Below, piece by piece: positions 12,991-26,459 of a stretch of DNA of 64,000 bases. A program made the translations under genes and the position numbers. Location: positions 32,736,001-32,800,000 of the forward strand of contig OZ024756.1 of the NCBI GenBank assembly GCA_964016885.1, written 5' to 3'. Each line of letters begins with the position of its first letter. Within the stretch, counting starts at the first letter, position 1. The DNA comes from Eledone cirrhosa (lineage: Eukaryota). The notes below the pieces were generated by a model. That model saw only the letters and a program-made list of their open reading frames with translations. It was not told where the DNA came from and did not search any database.

Positions 12991-14023
12991 TCGAATATTA
13001 ATAATAATATTCGATTCGTTTGCAATTATGCAAACAGCCTCTTCAAAGCCATGTTAGGAAAATGACTTCGTCATTCTTGTTCTTGTGTTGGCATGTAAAC
13101 AGAACTGCAAATAATAATGTTTCAGTGTGATTACCCTTCATCAAGACAGTACATTGCTTACCTGCCAACTCTCATACTATCATTACATATCCAAGATTAT
13201 GATAATTCTTTCAAATATGCACGCACTATCCCCATTTCACTCTCTCTCTCTGTCTCCCTTTCTCTCTCCCTATCTCCCCACCCCCTCTCTCTCTCTATAT
13301 ATATATATATGCATGTGTGTGTATATGTATGGATATATATATAAACATGTATAACAAATCCTATTAAAAATAGATAACGCGAAAGCAAGGAATCAAGGAA
13401 TGTGAAAACTATTAAATTTCCCTTTCATATTTGACTTTTATTTGTTATCTATCATATCACCGTAAATTTATTGCTCATATTTATCATGCATCACCATCCT
13501 TGTACATTGATATTCCTTTATCACACTTATTTTTGTTGTTAAATTTGTAGTAAGCTCATGAAATTGTTTAATGAATACCGTGTTTGTTGTCTCCATTATT
13601 CTTGAATGCAGGAACATGACGAGAAAGCCGAATTAGTAAACATCATTTTACACCTATAAATTTATATTGACAACCTCAAAACCTTTTAAACAGCAGTGTT
13701 ATGTTTTTTTCTGCAATATGGATTTTATGGATTTATTAGTTTCATGACTTAAATAATATATCTGACATATTAAGCATGTTCTTAGTTCTGCTTTTAAAAT
13801 GATATTAAAATAGGAATTAATAATTCCTCCTTTCTCTGCTATACTGTATATATTTTACGTCGTCTAATTCACCGTTGCAGTAAACCCTCCAATTTTAGCG
13901 ATGTATCCAAAAGGAAGGTTAACTCCTGTGAGGACATAAATGTTTACCACATGTTCGCATACATATATACACACGCATACATACGATAAATATACATTTA
14001 CATATACATATTCATACGGCTTG

Positions 14024-14071
14024 CCGATGATTTATCCCGAATGAAACAGTTCTAGTCCTGTAGAAGCCTTT

Positions 14072-14080
<9 letters not shown>
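14024..14080 (+). mobile_element. Family C fragment with hammerhead core
   Basis: ccgatga-tttatcccgaat-GAAAC-agttcta-GTC-ctgtagaagcc, followed by (TA)n. Confidence 0.7.
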
Positions 14081-14102
<22 letters not shown>

Positions 14103-14113
14103 AACACACACGC

Positions 14114-14150
<37 letters not shown>

Positions 14151-14199
14151 CATTTATATATATATATATAGAAGTGGTTACACAACAGTTAGTTCATAC

Positions 14200-14237
14200 C
14201 GAGAACAATTGTTTCACCTTAGCGGATCCTCAGCTCG
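14200..14237 (-). ncRNA. Minimal hammerhead motif in a 67-bp TA insert (14171-14237)
   Basis: Minus strand: CGAG-CTGAGGA-tCCgctaaGGt-GAAA-CAATTG-TT-CTCG. Stem I CGAG/CTCG, palindromic ACAATTGT. Confidence 0.75.
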
Positions 14238-14316
14238 TATATATATATATATATATATCATGGCTAACTATACGGAATGTCCAGTTATATCCAGTGGTGA
14301 ACCACCAACTTCATTG

Positions 14317-14357
<41 letters not shown>

Positions 14358-14953
14358 ATATACATAACAAAGATGGTGTGGTAAGATACGCAGGGTGACA
14401 GTTTGTATCTTCAGTTATTATTAGAACTGATGAGACGATATACGAACCGGATCTGGCTATTGTAATATTGTATGTATCTGAGCAGCCAATTTCTAGTAGC
14501 AATAAATGAGAGAAATATTCTAAACAGGGTTACGAGGCTGCAGAATATTGGAAGTGCGATGTTGCCAATCAGCTGGATCACTACTTTATCCATTAGTTCT
14601 GTATGTGACTGCAGTAAAATCCCGTCCACGGGATCAGTACATCCCTACAACTGTTTCTTCTGTTTTTCATGATTTGGAAAAAAAAAAAAAAAGAGTGATT
14701 ATCTTATATTGGAGCTTGGTTTTATTATGGTTGCCCCTGTTTTCGTTTTACATTTTATCTCATCGATTCAACATGGCGTCGAAATTCGGTCTTTATTTAG
14801 TAGAGGAAAGCAATATATCAAGAAATGTCAACAACAAGGGTAAAAAACAACAAATAAATTCAGAAAAAAAATCAAAATTCAATAAATAAATATTTTGCTT
14901 CAGACGTTTTTTCTGCAATTGATGAAAAGAAACTTTTACATTCAACTAAGGAA

Positions 14954-15009
<56 letters not shown>

Positions 15010-15392
15010 TATTGGACATTTCTGCTGAATCGTTTTCACATAAAATTGTGTGGATTCAAGAAAAGAGTTAAACCGTTTTCATACCGTTTTCAAACAATGG
15101 TATTACCTTCTTTAAATAAAAGTACCATTCATCCGAACAAACAAATGACATTTCAAGGTATTCTTGAAAAGGAGAAATAAATACTTTGATATTTTTTAAT
15201 GACAAAGAAAAATAACAAAAAATCCGCATGAAGTTCTGTGATAAATTATTTGTTAATAATGATTTACTTATTTACACTTGGTCAATAACTAGTGCTATAG
15301 CGATAAAAACATTTAATATTTGGAGTTCAGGATCAGTGTAGCATATATATGTATATATATATATTTATGTATATTTATATAAACAAATAAAT

Positions 15393-15499
15393 TGTGGTAA
15401 GGAACCAGGTGGACCATAACGCACCAGAGCACTCGATACTTAGGGTAGATTCAGGACCCCGACGGCTGAGCTCCGGCCGTATCGACAGTTAGATCGGAA

Positions 15500-15502
<3 letters not shown>
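15393..15502 (-). mobile_element. Family B variant, single arm
   Basis: tgtggtaaggaaccaggtggaccataacgcacc...ggaccccgacggctgagctccggccgt. Confidence 0.85.
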
Positions 15503-15545
<43 letters not shown>

Positions 15546-15575
15546 AGATCAAAAGATGGTTAAAGGAGTTCCATA

Positions 15576-15646
15576 TATTTTATTATGCGCATTTCAAAAA
15601 CAAACATCATCATGCAATAATATTTGTGTTTTCATCAGATAAAACA
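15576..15646 (-). ncRNA. Type I hammerhead motif, left arm
   Basis: Minus strand: TGTTTTAT-CTGATGA-(long stem II)-GAAA-TGCGCA-TA-ATAAAATA. Confidence 0.85.
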
Positions 15647-16159
15647 GGAGAACATGATATGAAGGCTAAAAAACACTTGTGGATAGTGCAGTTTTAAATC
15701 AACATATGAAAAGTGGTTTTAGATTGATGTGTGATATTGGGAAAAATATTTTATTTAGAGAGGGGGGGGGGAAGGATGAACAGGGAAGGAGATGAGAGGG
15801 AGAGATGGGTGATAGAGAGAAAGAGATAGTTTTTATAACTGAGAGGAGATATATTTTTTACATAGAGAGGTTGAAAACCGTTGGAAGATACTGTATGAAT
15901 TAAAAATTAATTTATACAGTATCTTCCAACGGTTTTCAACCTCTCTATGTAAAAAATATATCTCCTCTCAGTTATAAAAACTATCTCTTTCTCTCTATCA
16001 CCCATCTCTCCCTCTCATCTCCTTCCCTTTTCCTCCCCCCCCCCTCTCTAAATAAAATATTTTTCCCAATATCACACATCAATCTAAAACCACTTTTCAT
16101 ATGTTGATTTAAAACTGCACTATCCACAAGTGTTTTTTAGCCTTCATATCATGTTCTCC

Positions 16160-16230
16160 TATTTTATCTGATGAAAACACAAATATTATTGCATGATGAT
16201 GTTTGTTTTAGAAATGCGCATAATAAAATA
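16160..16230 (+). ncRNA. Type I hammerhead motif, right arm
   Basis: TATTTTAT-CTGATGA-aaacacaaatattattgcatgatgatgtttgtttta-GAAA-TGCGCA-TA-ATAAAATA. 8-bp stem I, palindromic ATGCGCAT. Confidence 0.85.
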
Positions 16231-16351
16231 TATGGAACTCCTTTAACCATCTGTTGATCTTATATTATGCATACTCCAGTCCCACAAACTGTAGAGTGCT
16301 TCTTATCCGATATCTGCATTGCTTTATTGTACTACAATAAAACTCACCTCC

Positions 16352-16413
<62 letters not shown>

Positions 16414-17085
16414 AGGATTAACGGCAGTGACTTGGCAGTCGTTAGAACGTCCGATAGAGTGCTTCGCGATATTCGTTTCGCTTCTCTGTTGATAGTCCAA
16501 CTTGGGGAAATAGATCTTTGCTAAACAACGTTGAACTTTGTACATGTTATAAAGATCAAATCCATTTTTATTATCATTTTCCTTTTGTGTCTGTTTGTAT
16601 GTGCCCATTTCCAGAGTCTTGGAACACCAATCCAATCTCACTAAAATCCTACATTATATAAAATCCTACCTTATATAACGCAAAAGTTAGTATGTCGAAC
16701 TTAAAGTGAAACCGTGATGTTCACTGATGGAATGATTTGCTCATAGTTGTGCTCGATCCTGATTGTCTTGAGACAAATCCCAGTGCTCAGAGACTTATTC
16801 AAACAGTGCCGTTGTCAAAGGTTACTGTAAGGATGGACATTGAGACGTTCTGAATTTTATAAGCATTTTTGTCCTATAATTACAGTTAGTGAATTGCTGA
16901 TGCAATATTACTTATATAAAATTTATTTACGCATGTCTTCCGAAAGGAATTTAATTGTTTTAGACGTAAGGAAGGAATCTTTTAATATACATATTTCAAA
17001 TCAAGAATATAAAAAACCTGATGATATTCTTAGCTAAAATATTACAATAAAAGCAATTTATAACATCTGAATGCATTTTATATTA

Positions 17086-17121
17086 AACTAATATTTTTGT
17101 ATTTTTCTTTTTCAGGTAAGT
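17086..17121 (+). promoter_or_regulatory. Candidate recursive splice site (3'SS directly followed by 5'SS)
   Basis: Branch-like ACTAAT, then polypyrimidine tract tttttgtatttttctttttt, then CAG|GTAAGT. Confidence 0.5.
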
Positions 17122-17399
17122 TTGAATCTTTTGTTGGCAAGATACTGCAGAGTTCTGTGAGTCTTTTCTTTTATTTAAATATTTATTTATTTTTCAATTT
17201 CTAAAAAAAAAAAAAAAAAAAAAACAATTATCGCAATATCTTATCTTATTAATTAAATTATACATCGATGGTTTATTTTAATTTTTAAAGTATAATATAA
17301 TGAATAATATTTTAATGAATTTTTAATAGAGTTTTATGTGAATATTTCGTGTATATATCTATATGTGTGTACATGTCTGCGCATTTTTCATAAATTTTG

Positions 17400-17757
17400 T
17401 GTGGACATTTTGTGTATGTGTATGCGTGTGTGTATATGTATATATATATGTATATATATAAATATATATATATATGTATATATATGTATATATATATGTG
17501 TATATATATGTATATATAAGTATATATATGTATATATATGTATATATATGTATATATATATATATACATATATATATTGTATTGGGGGGGGGACTATGTG
17601 TGTAAACCTGTAGCAGTTTCCATTTACAATTTTTACTGCTCAAAAGATTACAGGAACGGTGAATTAAGGGGAACGCCATGGCATCATTTCAATGGAAAAT
17701 TGGTTACACACACTCACACACATATATGGATGTATATGTGTCTGTAGATAAGTATGC

Positions 17758-17796
<39 letters not shown>

Positions 17797-17932
17797 CATG
17801 TCTATATATTTGTATGTATATGTATATATATATATATATATGTATGTATATGTGTATATATATATATATGTATGTATATGTATATATATATGTATATATG
17901 TATATGTATATATATATATGTATATATATATG

Positions 17933-17963
<31 letters not shown>

Positions 17964-18375
17964 GTATATATATATGTATATATATATATGTATATATATA
18001 TATGTATATATATATGTTTGTATATGTATATATATATATATATATGTATACATATGTATGTATATATATATGTATGTATATGTATATATATATATGCATG
18101 TATATGTATATATATGTATGTAAATGTATATATATGTATGTATATGTATATATATGTATGTGTATACATATATATGTATGTGTATATATATATATGTATA
18201 TTTATATGTATATGTATACATATGTATGTGTATGTATATTTACATGTATACGTATATATATATATATATGTATATATATATGTATGTATATATGTATGTA
18301 TATATATATATGTATGTATATATATATATATATATGAATGTATATATACATATATATATGTGTGTGTGTGTGTAC
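17400..18375. repeat. Compound (TA)n/(TATG)n microsatellite field
   Basis: Direct inspection. Confidence 0.95.
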
Positions 18376-18928
18376 GTGTACATATCGAAACGGTTCCTGC
18401 ATTTTAATGACATTTTTGCTATAATTAACAGTATCTTACGATTTTCTCCGAGAAAGCAAACATCACTCGCGTCTCATATCAAGATATATATGCATCTCAG
18501 TTTTGGTGGATGTAATTTTCGATTCCAGATAATATTATTACTTTTCTTATTTATTCCTCCAAAAAATTTAAATTAATGCAATTTATTTCGATAACTCAAA
18601 ATTGATTGAGAAGAAATCAGCAATAGAAATATGAAATTAAATCGATATTTAATAAACGAATATGGAAGACATACCTGAAATTTGAATGCTAATCAATAAA
18701 AAAGACCCCACATTTTTGTATTTATTCATTTATTTATTCCTCCCTTTTTATAATCTGATTTAGCCTTCATTTTTATAACTATTTTTAGTTATATTGTGAT
18801 AATTATCATTGAGAGTAAACGAAAACAAATAAAAATGGGAAGAAGTAAAATTTATATTGTTTGTAAAATTTATATTGTCAGAGCAGTGATGTGATGAAAG
18901 GCATCCTTATTCTGACACCCACGTTTAC

Positions 18929-19590
18929 GCTGCAGGCTTCTCCTCCCAGCTCGAGCCATTGAAGCTGAACCTAGGGGATGGCAAAAGGTCAGACGGTATG
19001 ACCATCTTCCCGTTCCGCGGTGGCAAAACCCTCGTCTGGGATGTCACTTGCAGCGACACTTTCTCCAGCCGCAACCTGGTGCTGTATGCGACTAACCCAG
19101 GTACTGCTGTACGTCGGGCTGAGGAGGCCAGGCTCTCCAAGCCTGCCACAGTTTCGCGGTCGTGGCCTTGGCAGTGGAGATTCTTGGTGTCCTTGGCTCT
19201 AGGGCTACCTCCCTATTCCCCACCATAGGCACTGAGCTGGCCAGCCTCTTCCAGCGTATCTCTCTTACCANNNNNNNNNNNNNNNNNNNNNNNNNNNNNN
19301 NNNNNNNNNNNNNNNNNNNNNNNNNNNNNNNNNNNNNNNNNNNNNNNNNNNNNNNNNNNNNNNNNNNNNNNNNNNNNNNNNNNNNNNNNNNNNNNNNNNN
19401 NNNNNNNNNNNNNNNNNNNNNNNNNNNNNNNNNNNNNNNNNNNNNNNNNNNNNNNNNNNNNNNNNNNNNNTCTTACCATCCTCCGGGGAACCGCCTTCTC
19501 CATTCTGTCCCCAGGGGCTGTGGGGGAGGCCAGCACGTGGGACCCCATTTCCTCAGCATACGGATTAAGACATATAACCTCTCTTTTTCT
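18929..19590 (+). mobile_element. Decayed 3' fragment of an RLE-type non-LTR retrotransposon (CRE/R2-like superfamily)
   Basis: AAGFSSQLEPLKLNLGDGKRSDGMTIFPFRGGKTLVWDVTCSDTFS...GTAVRRAEEARLSK, frameshift, then LAVEILGVLGSRA...LFQRISLTILRG. This matches the restriction-like endonuclease pattern DGKRPDG..WD.T.....AE..K..KY..E..G..G..QR.S...RGN. GC-rich island. Confidence 0.8.
19271..19470. other. Assembly gap (200 N)
   Basis: N run; tcttacca is present on both sides. Confidence 0.99.
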
Positions 19591-20243
19591 TAAAGAGTTA
19601 TGAATGTTGGAATATATTATCTAAAGTTTTGTGTCATTTATTTTAGAACAATATCATAGGGTGAGATCTGTAGTAATAGACTGATATATTATCAGATGAT
19701 GCTACCACCCAGATCTTTTTCTTGTTGTTGCTGATGCTGTGTCAGTGGATTTTCTGCTTCAGTTGCTGCCTCACATTTGTTTTGCTGTTGTGCTTGCTGT
19801 TGCCATTGTTGATGCTTTTGTAATTACTGCTTCTGCTTCCAGCATTGCAATTGTTCTCATCACCATTACTTTTCCTTTAGTCAACACCCCGTAATTCATA
19901 AAGTATTTCCCAATCATATAACTGGTAGTATATACATCTGTTAACACCAATGAGCGTACTCATCGAATCCTTATTTGCTTTTACGCCTCCGTACCGTCGT
20001 CAAAATTATGTAAACTACAAAGATACAATTATACCGAAATATAATATAATAAAACACCACCAAACTTTAAAGACAAAAGGAATAGAAACAGACATTTATA
20101 TATACATTCATATTTACAATCAGACACATAATCTACTGCATATATTTCTAAACATAGACACAGGCATATAGTGAGAAACATAGATCTAGACAAGTATACA
20201 AAAGAAGTATACATAAACATACACAATCACGTGCACAATCATA

Positions 20244-20542
<299 letters not shown>

Positions 20543-20726
20543 GACTTTGGCAGGACTAGAACTGTTTCATTCGAAGGAAATCATCAGGAAAGAAGGATTT
20601 ATTGATGATTTCATTTGAATGAAACAGTCCCAGTCCTGAAGAAGCCATTTCTATATTAAATATTTATACTCTGCTATGTATTGGGTACCTTACCTACTGT
20701 GGTTACCCCCGATTGAACCCGAGATA
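20543..20726. mobile_element. Family C fold-back
   Basis: caggactagaactgtttcattcgaaggaaatcatcag is inverted against ttgatgatttcatttgaatgaaacagtcccagtcctg; the long arm runs to gaacccgagata. Confidence 0.85.
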
Positions 20727-22052
20727 CACATATATACATTTATATTTACGCCTACATATATATACACATCTGAACATACACATGCAGTGACACATATATT
20801 ACAGCTCACAGACATATAGTCACAGACAATAATGTATATATTAATATGTTTATGTATGCTATATCTTGTGCAGGAGTTTATAATAATTTGGTTTACAAGT
20901 GGAAAATTCGGCTGGAAATAGCAATTATTGTAAACTGCATAGATTGTTTTAGATTATAAAATTGAGCAATTTCCGCCATAATGATAGTTTTTCCAGGCGG
21001 ATTTATAACGAATAGGTAACATTCCAATTATCTGGTTTAGTATCAAAGTAACATAGTAATTTTGTGGTTGAAAAGAACGACATTTTAACGACATATTACC
21101 TGAAATCAAAATGTATATTAGGAGAAAATACAACGGCAAATATACGATACAAAATGGCGTTTAATGTAAAACAGGAAATTTCTTGACTTAAACTTCTATA
21201 TAAATATAACAGACAAAATTATAAACTTGGAATATTCTATATACTGACACAAACTCTATTATTAGTATTATTGAATTATTTTTTTCTGCTTGTCATATTT
21301 CTCTTTAATAACAATATCTTACAGGTAGAAGAAAATACTGAAATTACAATAAAAGAAAATAAATAAATAAAAGATAAACAGTTAATCAATTCTTCAGAAT
21401 TAGAACTACAATTTCATTTCTGCTATAGCGGAGAGGACGGAATTGACAGAAAGATGAAGATGGAAAAAAAAAAAAAAAAAATTATAGTAGACAAGATTAT
21501 GTGAGTTTGAATATTTTAGAATAAATTTAAATGTGGCATACTATAAAAGAAAACAAACAGAAGAAAAACGAAATATATTATACAAAAAGAAAACATACAT
21601 ACGTGTAAGGCAAAATAAATCTAATTTCAAAGAAATGTAAAGTCGATTATCTCTATATCATTTTTTGACTGACGGTTTATTTTATCAGCCCCAGAAGGAT
21701 GAAAGGCAAAACAGGCATTAGTTGGATTTGAACTCCGAATAAACTAAAAGTAGCCTGAAAGATGATGAAAACAGTAACTATCTCTATGAAAATAGTAACT
21801 ATCTCTGTGCAAATGTTTAAAATAAACACACAGGAATAAGTTACTCATACTTTTATTCCTGTCGTTTAATTATATATATATATATATATATAGTAATAAT
21901 TATAATTGTGAAGACTAAAGTCCAAAGAGGGCTCCTTAAGGATAATATATATATGAAAATATATAAAACCATAGAGCAAATATTTATTAAAAAAATTAGT
22001 TTCAGAAGAAGCCGTTAAGGGTGAAAGTAGCAATTCTTTGCATAAACTTTAA

Positions 22053-22140
<88 letters not shown>

Positions 22141-22529
22141 TCTGTACATTTATGTAAATATGTCCTTAATTGATATTTGTAAACTCTGATTTTCATCTTT
22201 AATCAATTTCATATGCCGGTAATCAAAATACACTATGGTGTATCTTTTGTGCAAACCATTTTATAATTAAAAAGGCAGATTTTCTAATTTGTTTCGTTTA
22301 TAATAAAATCATGTATAACACTAATTATAGTACATATAGAATACAATCCTTGGACTTGAAAATCCTTAATATATTCAACAATGCTGCTGTCATGGTTTGC
22401 ACAAATATATGAAACTTCAAGATATGAAACTGGAAGATAATAAAGGAAGACACACAGATTAAATAGATTAAATATCAAAATTCATTCCTTTCTGAAATTA
22501 ATATAATAGGATAGTTATTATATTTTGAA

Positions 22530-22610
22530 TTCTTTTTTCTTTTCTTCGTTTTCTTCGTTTTCTTTTTCTTCGTTTTCTTCGTTTTCTTTTTCCGCTTTTT
22601 CTTCTTTTTC

Positions 22611-22651
<41 letters not shown>

Positions 22652-22775
22652 CTTCTTCTTCTTCTTCTTCTTCTTCTTCTTCTTCTTCTTCTTCTTCTTC
22701 TTCTTCTTCTTCTTCTTCTTCTTCTTCTTCTTCTTCTTCTTCTTTCCTCCTCCTCCCCCCTCCTCCTCTTCCTCC
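22530..22775. repeat. (TTG)n-(TTC)n-(CCT)n compound repeat
   Basis: Direct inspection. Confidence 0.95.
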
Positions 22776-23080
22776 TACGTCATGCTTGGTTGCGTTCAAT
22801 ATCATTTTATGGCGTAGAAATTCACGTCTCATTCATCTGAATATAATAGAAAAATTTAAATTAATAGAGACAAAAGAAAGAAATAGAGAAACAAAAGTCA
22901 CACACACAACTCCATTAATGTTATTATTCATTCTTTTAATATTAAAGTGATAACATTGCTTAAAATATCATCTTAAAAATTACGAATAGTAATGGAATAT
23001 ATCATACAGACATATAAATTCTCTCTCTTTTTCTCATTGTCTCTCTCCTCCTCTCTCCATCTCTCTTTCTCTCTCTCTCT

Positions 23081-23120
<40 letters not shown>

Positions 23121-23629
23121 TATCAATATTATTGTTTATATTTTATAAACATACACGCACACGCACACACACACACACACACAAATATATATATATATAT
23201 AAATGATCATATGAATATGTATAAAATATATATTGACTGATGGAATTTTAATTTTATCTCATTTGAAAATAGCCCAAAAATATAACAAAATCAAAACAAC
23301 TACAACAACAATAATAATGACAACAATAACGATGACAACAATGTCAGGAAATGACAACATATCCAACGAAGATTAAAAGGGAATATTAAATACAAATGAA
23401 AGATAGAATCAAACATAAGAGAACATATTTTTTTTAAAATGACAAAATCACGTCAACATTAAAATAAAAGCAATTATACTTAATCCACGTAGGAATATGA
23501 GTTTGTGTTCATTAATTTTAAATGAAGTGAAAAAAAGAAGCCAATAAACTTCTACATACGGATACAAATATAAATGTCTGCTATATGGCTATTTAATAGC
23601 ACATTATGATTCGTACATTATGATTATTA

Positions 23630-24141
23630 TTGTTATGCTTTCCAGCATAGTTACGTCCCTTTACGATCTGAGTTCAAATCCCGCCGAGGTTGACTTTGCC
23701 TTTCATCCTTACGGGGTCGATAAAATAAAGTACCAGTAATGCACTGGGTATTTGCTGGCCTTGTGCCTAAAGTAGAAACAATTATTATTATGATTGGCAG
23801 TATCGATAGAGACCGGACGCCATGCTTTGCAGCATAGAGTTACTGCCTTTTAAGTTCTGAGTTCAAATCCCACCGAGGTTAACTTTGCCTTTCATCCTTA
23901 CGGAGTCGATAACATAAAGTACCAGTAATGTACTGGGATCATTGCTGGCCTTGATCCAAAAGTTGAAACATTATTACTAGTATTATTTGCAGTATAGGTA
24001 GAGGGTCGGACACCATGCTTTGCAGCATAGAGTTACGGTCCTTTACGGTGTGAGCTCAAATCCCACAGAGGTCAACTTTGCCTTTCATACTTACGGGGTC
24101 GATAAAATAAAGCACCAGTAAGCACTGGGGTCAATTTAATT

Positions 24142-24172
<31 letters not shown>

Positions 24173-24311
24173 TAGTAGTAGTAGTAGTATTTCTTGTTGT
24201 AGTATTGCGGGATTAAAACATTAAATTACCTTTAAAGGAACTGGAGTCAATTTAATCGACATTCCTTTTTCCCTTCAATTTGCTGGCCTTGTGCCTAAAT
24301 TAGAAACAATT
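23630..24311 (+). mobile_element. Head-to-tail array of three SINE family 1 copies plus a detached tail
   Basis: Three gag.tcaaatccc..gaggt.aactttgcctttcat units about 190 bp apart; a (TAG)n tract interrupts the third. Confidence 0.9.
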
Positions 24312-24456
24312 ATTATCATTGTTATTCTTAATATTAAGGTTATCAATTTGGTTTTATAGGTATATGAAATCGCTGCCGTGGGTTGGCCTGTAGATAGGTA
24401 GGCTTGTACAAAGTATAATAAACTCATTAGAATAATAATCATCTGTATATATATAT

Positions 24457-24612
24457 AGGAAAAAGTATGACTAAGTCCAGAAATAGCCGTCGAAACGGCT
24501 TGAGCTCTGCCGTCGGGGTCATACTTTTTCCTATTTCACACTCTACTACCCTAAGTATTGAGTACTCTGTTGCGTTATGGTCCATCTGGTTCCTTACAAC
24601 AATTCCTTTGTT
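24457..24612 (+). mobile_element. Family B element with very short inverted arm
   Basis: ggaaaaagtatgac / gtcatactttttcc flank the family B core. Confidence 0.85.
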
Positions 24613-25141
24613 ATATATATATATGTATATTAACATTTTAGTCTTCACATTTATTATTATTACTATATATATATTGTTTTTACATAAATATGTTTATATT
24701 ATATGACAGCAAAAATGTCAGCCATGTTAATTAATTCGATATCGAAGTAATCTTTTATTTATAATAATAATGATTTTTTTTCTTCTTTTGTTTTTGCAAA
24801 TTAATGAATGATCTAACATTACAACATCAGCAGCAGTGATTACTGAAAAGTAAATATTAACATTTTTTTGACAGACAGACAGGAAAGTAAAAGTAGTATT
24901 ATAAAGAAAACAATAAGACAAAACAAAAATGGAAATAAGAGTCTCTCATAGGAAATAATTTATTAATGAGTGTCTATTTATCTAGGTGGAACGTGATTTT
25001 TAAAAAATATACTATTTCAATTGTTTATTTAACATTTAAAAAAATATTATTCATACATCAATGAGTAGTTGTCATCTCTAATGAATTTCACTGTTGAAAC
25101 GTCACTGTTTAATCATTGTCATGAGCATAGAGTTAATGAAA

Positions 25142-25179
<38 letters not shown>

Positions 25180-25629
25180 GTATATATATATAATGAATTA
25201 TCAGTACGCAATGCGTAGAATTATAATTTTAAAATGCGTGAATTATATAAACATGTAAACACACAGGGTAAAGATTAGGTGATGGGAATTAAGTACTATG
25301 TTTGCCTGACTTTTTATGTGCATCTCTATATTTTTCGTAACTTAACAGTTTTGACTTAAAACAGATCGACGAAATAAACAACACATTAGAAATTTACTGG
25401 TACTGGGGTTGATATGATCAACTAAATCCCTTTAGAGTCGTGCGACTGAAAACATTAAAATGATAAAGTAATACTGACGCAATCATATACAGAATAAAAT
25501 ATATATCAATGAAGATATAACACCGGTCTGTTACACATTAGGATAAATAGTTAATAACACAGTTGCCATATCGGATCAAGGAATCAACGTCTCAAATGGG
25601 CGTTCCATTGTTGATGCTGGCAGTTGGAT

Positions 25630-25735
25630 CTCTATGAAATGAAATATGTTGCTCAAGAACACGATGCGTTGTACAATCTAGAGATCAAATCCAAGACATT
25701 TTGATCGTGATTTCAACATCTTAATTCCCTTCACT
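25630..25735 (-). mobile_element. SINE family 2, diverged
   Basis: atgaaatgaaatatgttgctcaagaacac resembles 59787-59857 and 63500-63575. Confidence 0.5.
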
Positions 25736-26312
25736 TAAGAGATAAGAGATGTTAATAGGATAGTGTTAACTCTCTGTCACATAATTTCAAAATACCAAAT
25801 CACGAAAGCTGCATTACCAGAATTGATATGAGTATCTGACAAAAAAGATCAACACATTTTCTAATTACATCTTTTTACATTCTGAGTTCAAATCGTCGTT
25901 AAGACAATTCATATTTCAACTGTCGGTGGTACGATACAATAAATAACAATGTAGTATTAAGATCAATATAACCGTCTATAACTACCCACAACATAAACTG
26001 TTCTGTAACTATAATACAAATCAATATACCCAGACCAGGTTCACTGTTGCTGCAGTTCAGGTATTTCAATTTCAGCAGTCATTTTGTCAATAACGTTTGA
26101 TGAGAATTTACCAATGACTAATGCCTCAGAGAAAATCAGATACAGAACCATTATTGCGCATAGGCGAATGCTTTTAAATGAGAGGCATTTATATAAAATA
26201 TATATTCAAAATAATAACATTAAAATATATCAATAATACGTAGTCTGATTTCCATTATATATCATAAATATATATATATGCACATACATACATATGTGCA
26301 TATTTATTTATA

Positions 26313-26393
<81 letters not shown>

Positions 26394-26398
26394 GTATG

Positions 26399-26459
<61 letters not shown>

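Larger units (their letters stand above)
15543..16265. mobile_element. Large fold-back element (about 360-bp arms) with a hammerhead in each arm
   Basis: 15543-15903 is the reverse complement of 15907-16265 with few differences. The left end abuts (TA)n. Confidence 0.92.

Noticed and set aside
16643-16700. Helitron-like start atcctaccttatataacgcaaaagttagtatgtc
   Set aside because: No matching 3' hairpin plus CTRR end and no second copy were found.
21300-21330. Second AG|GT junction (tacag|gtagaa)
   Set aside because: Weak donor and interrupted pyrimidine tract.
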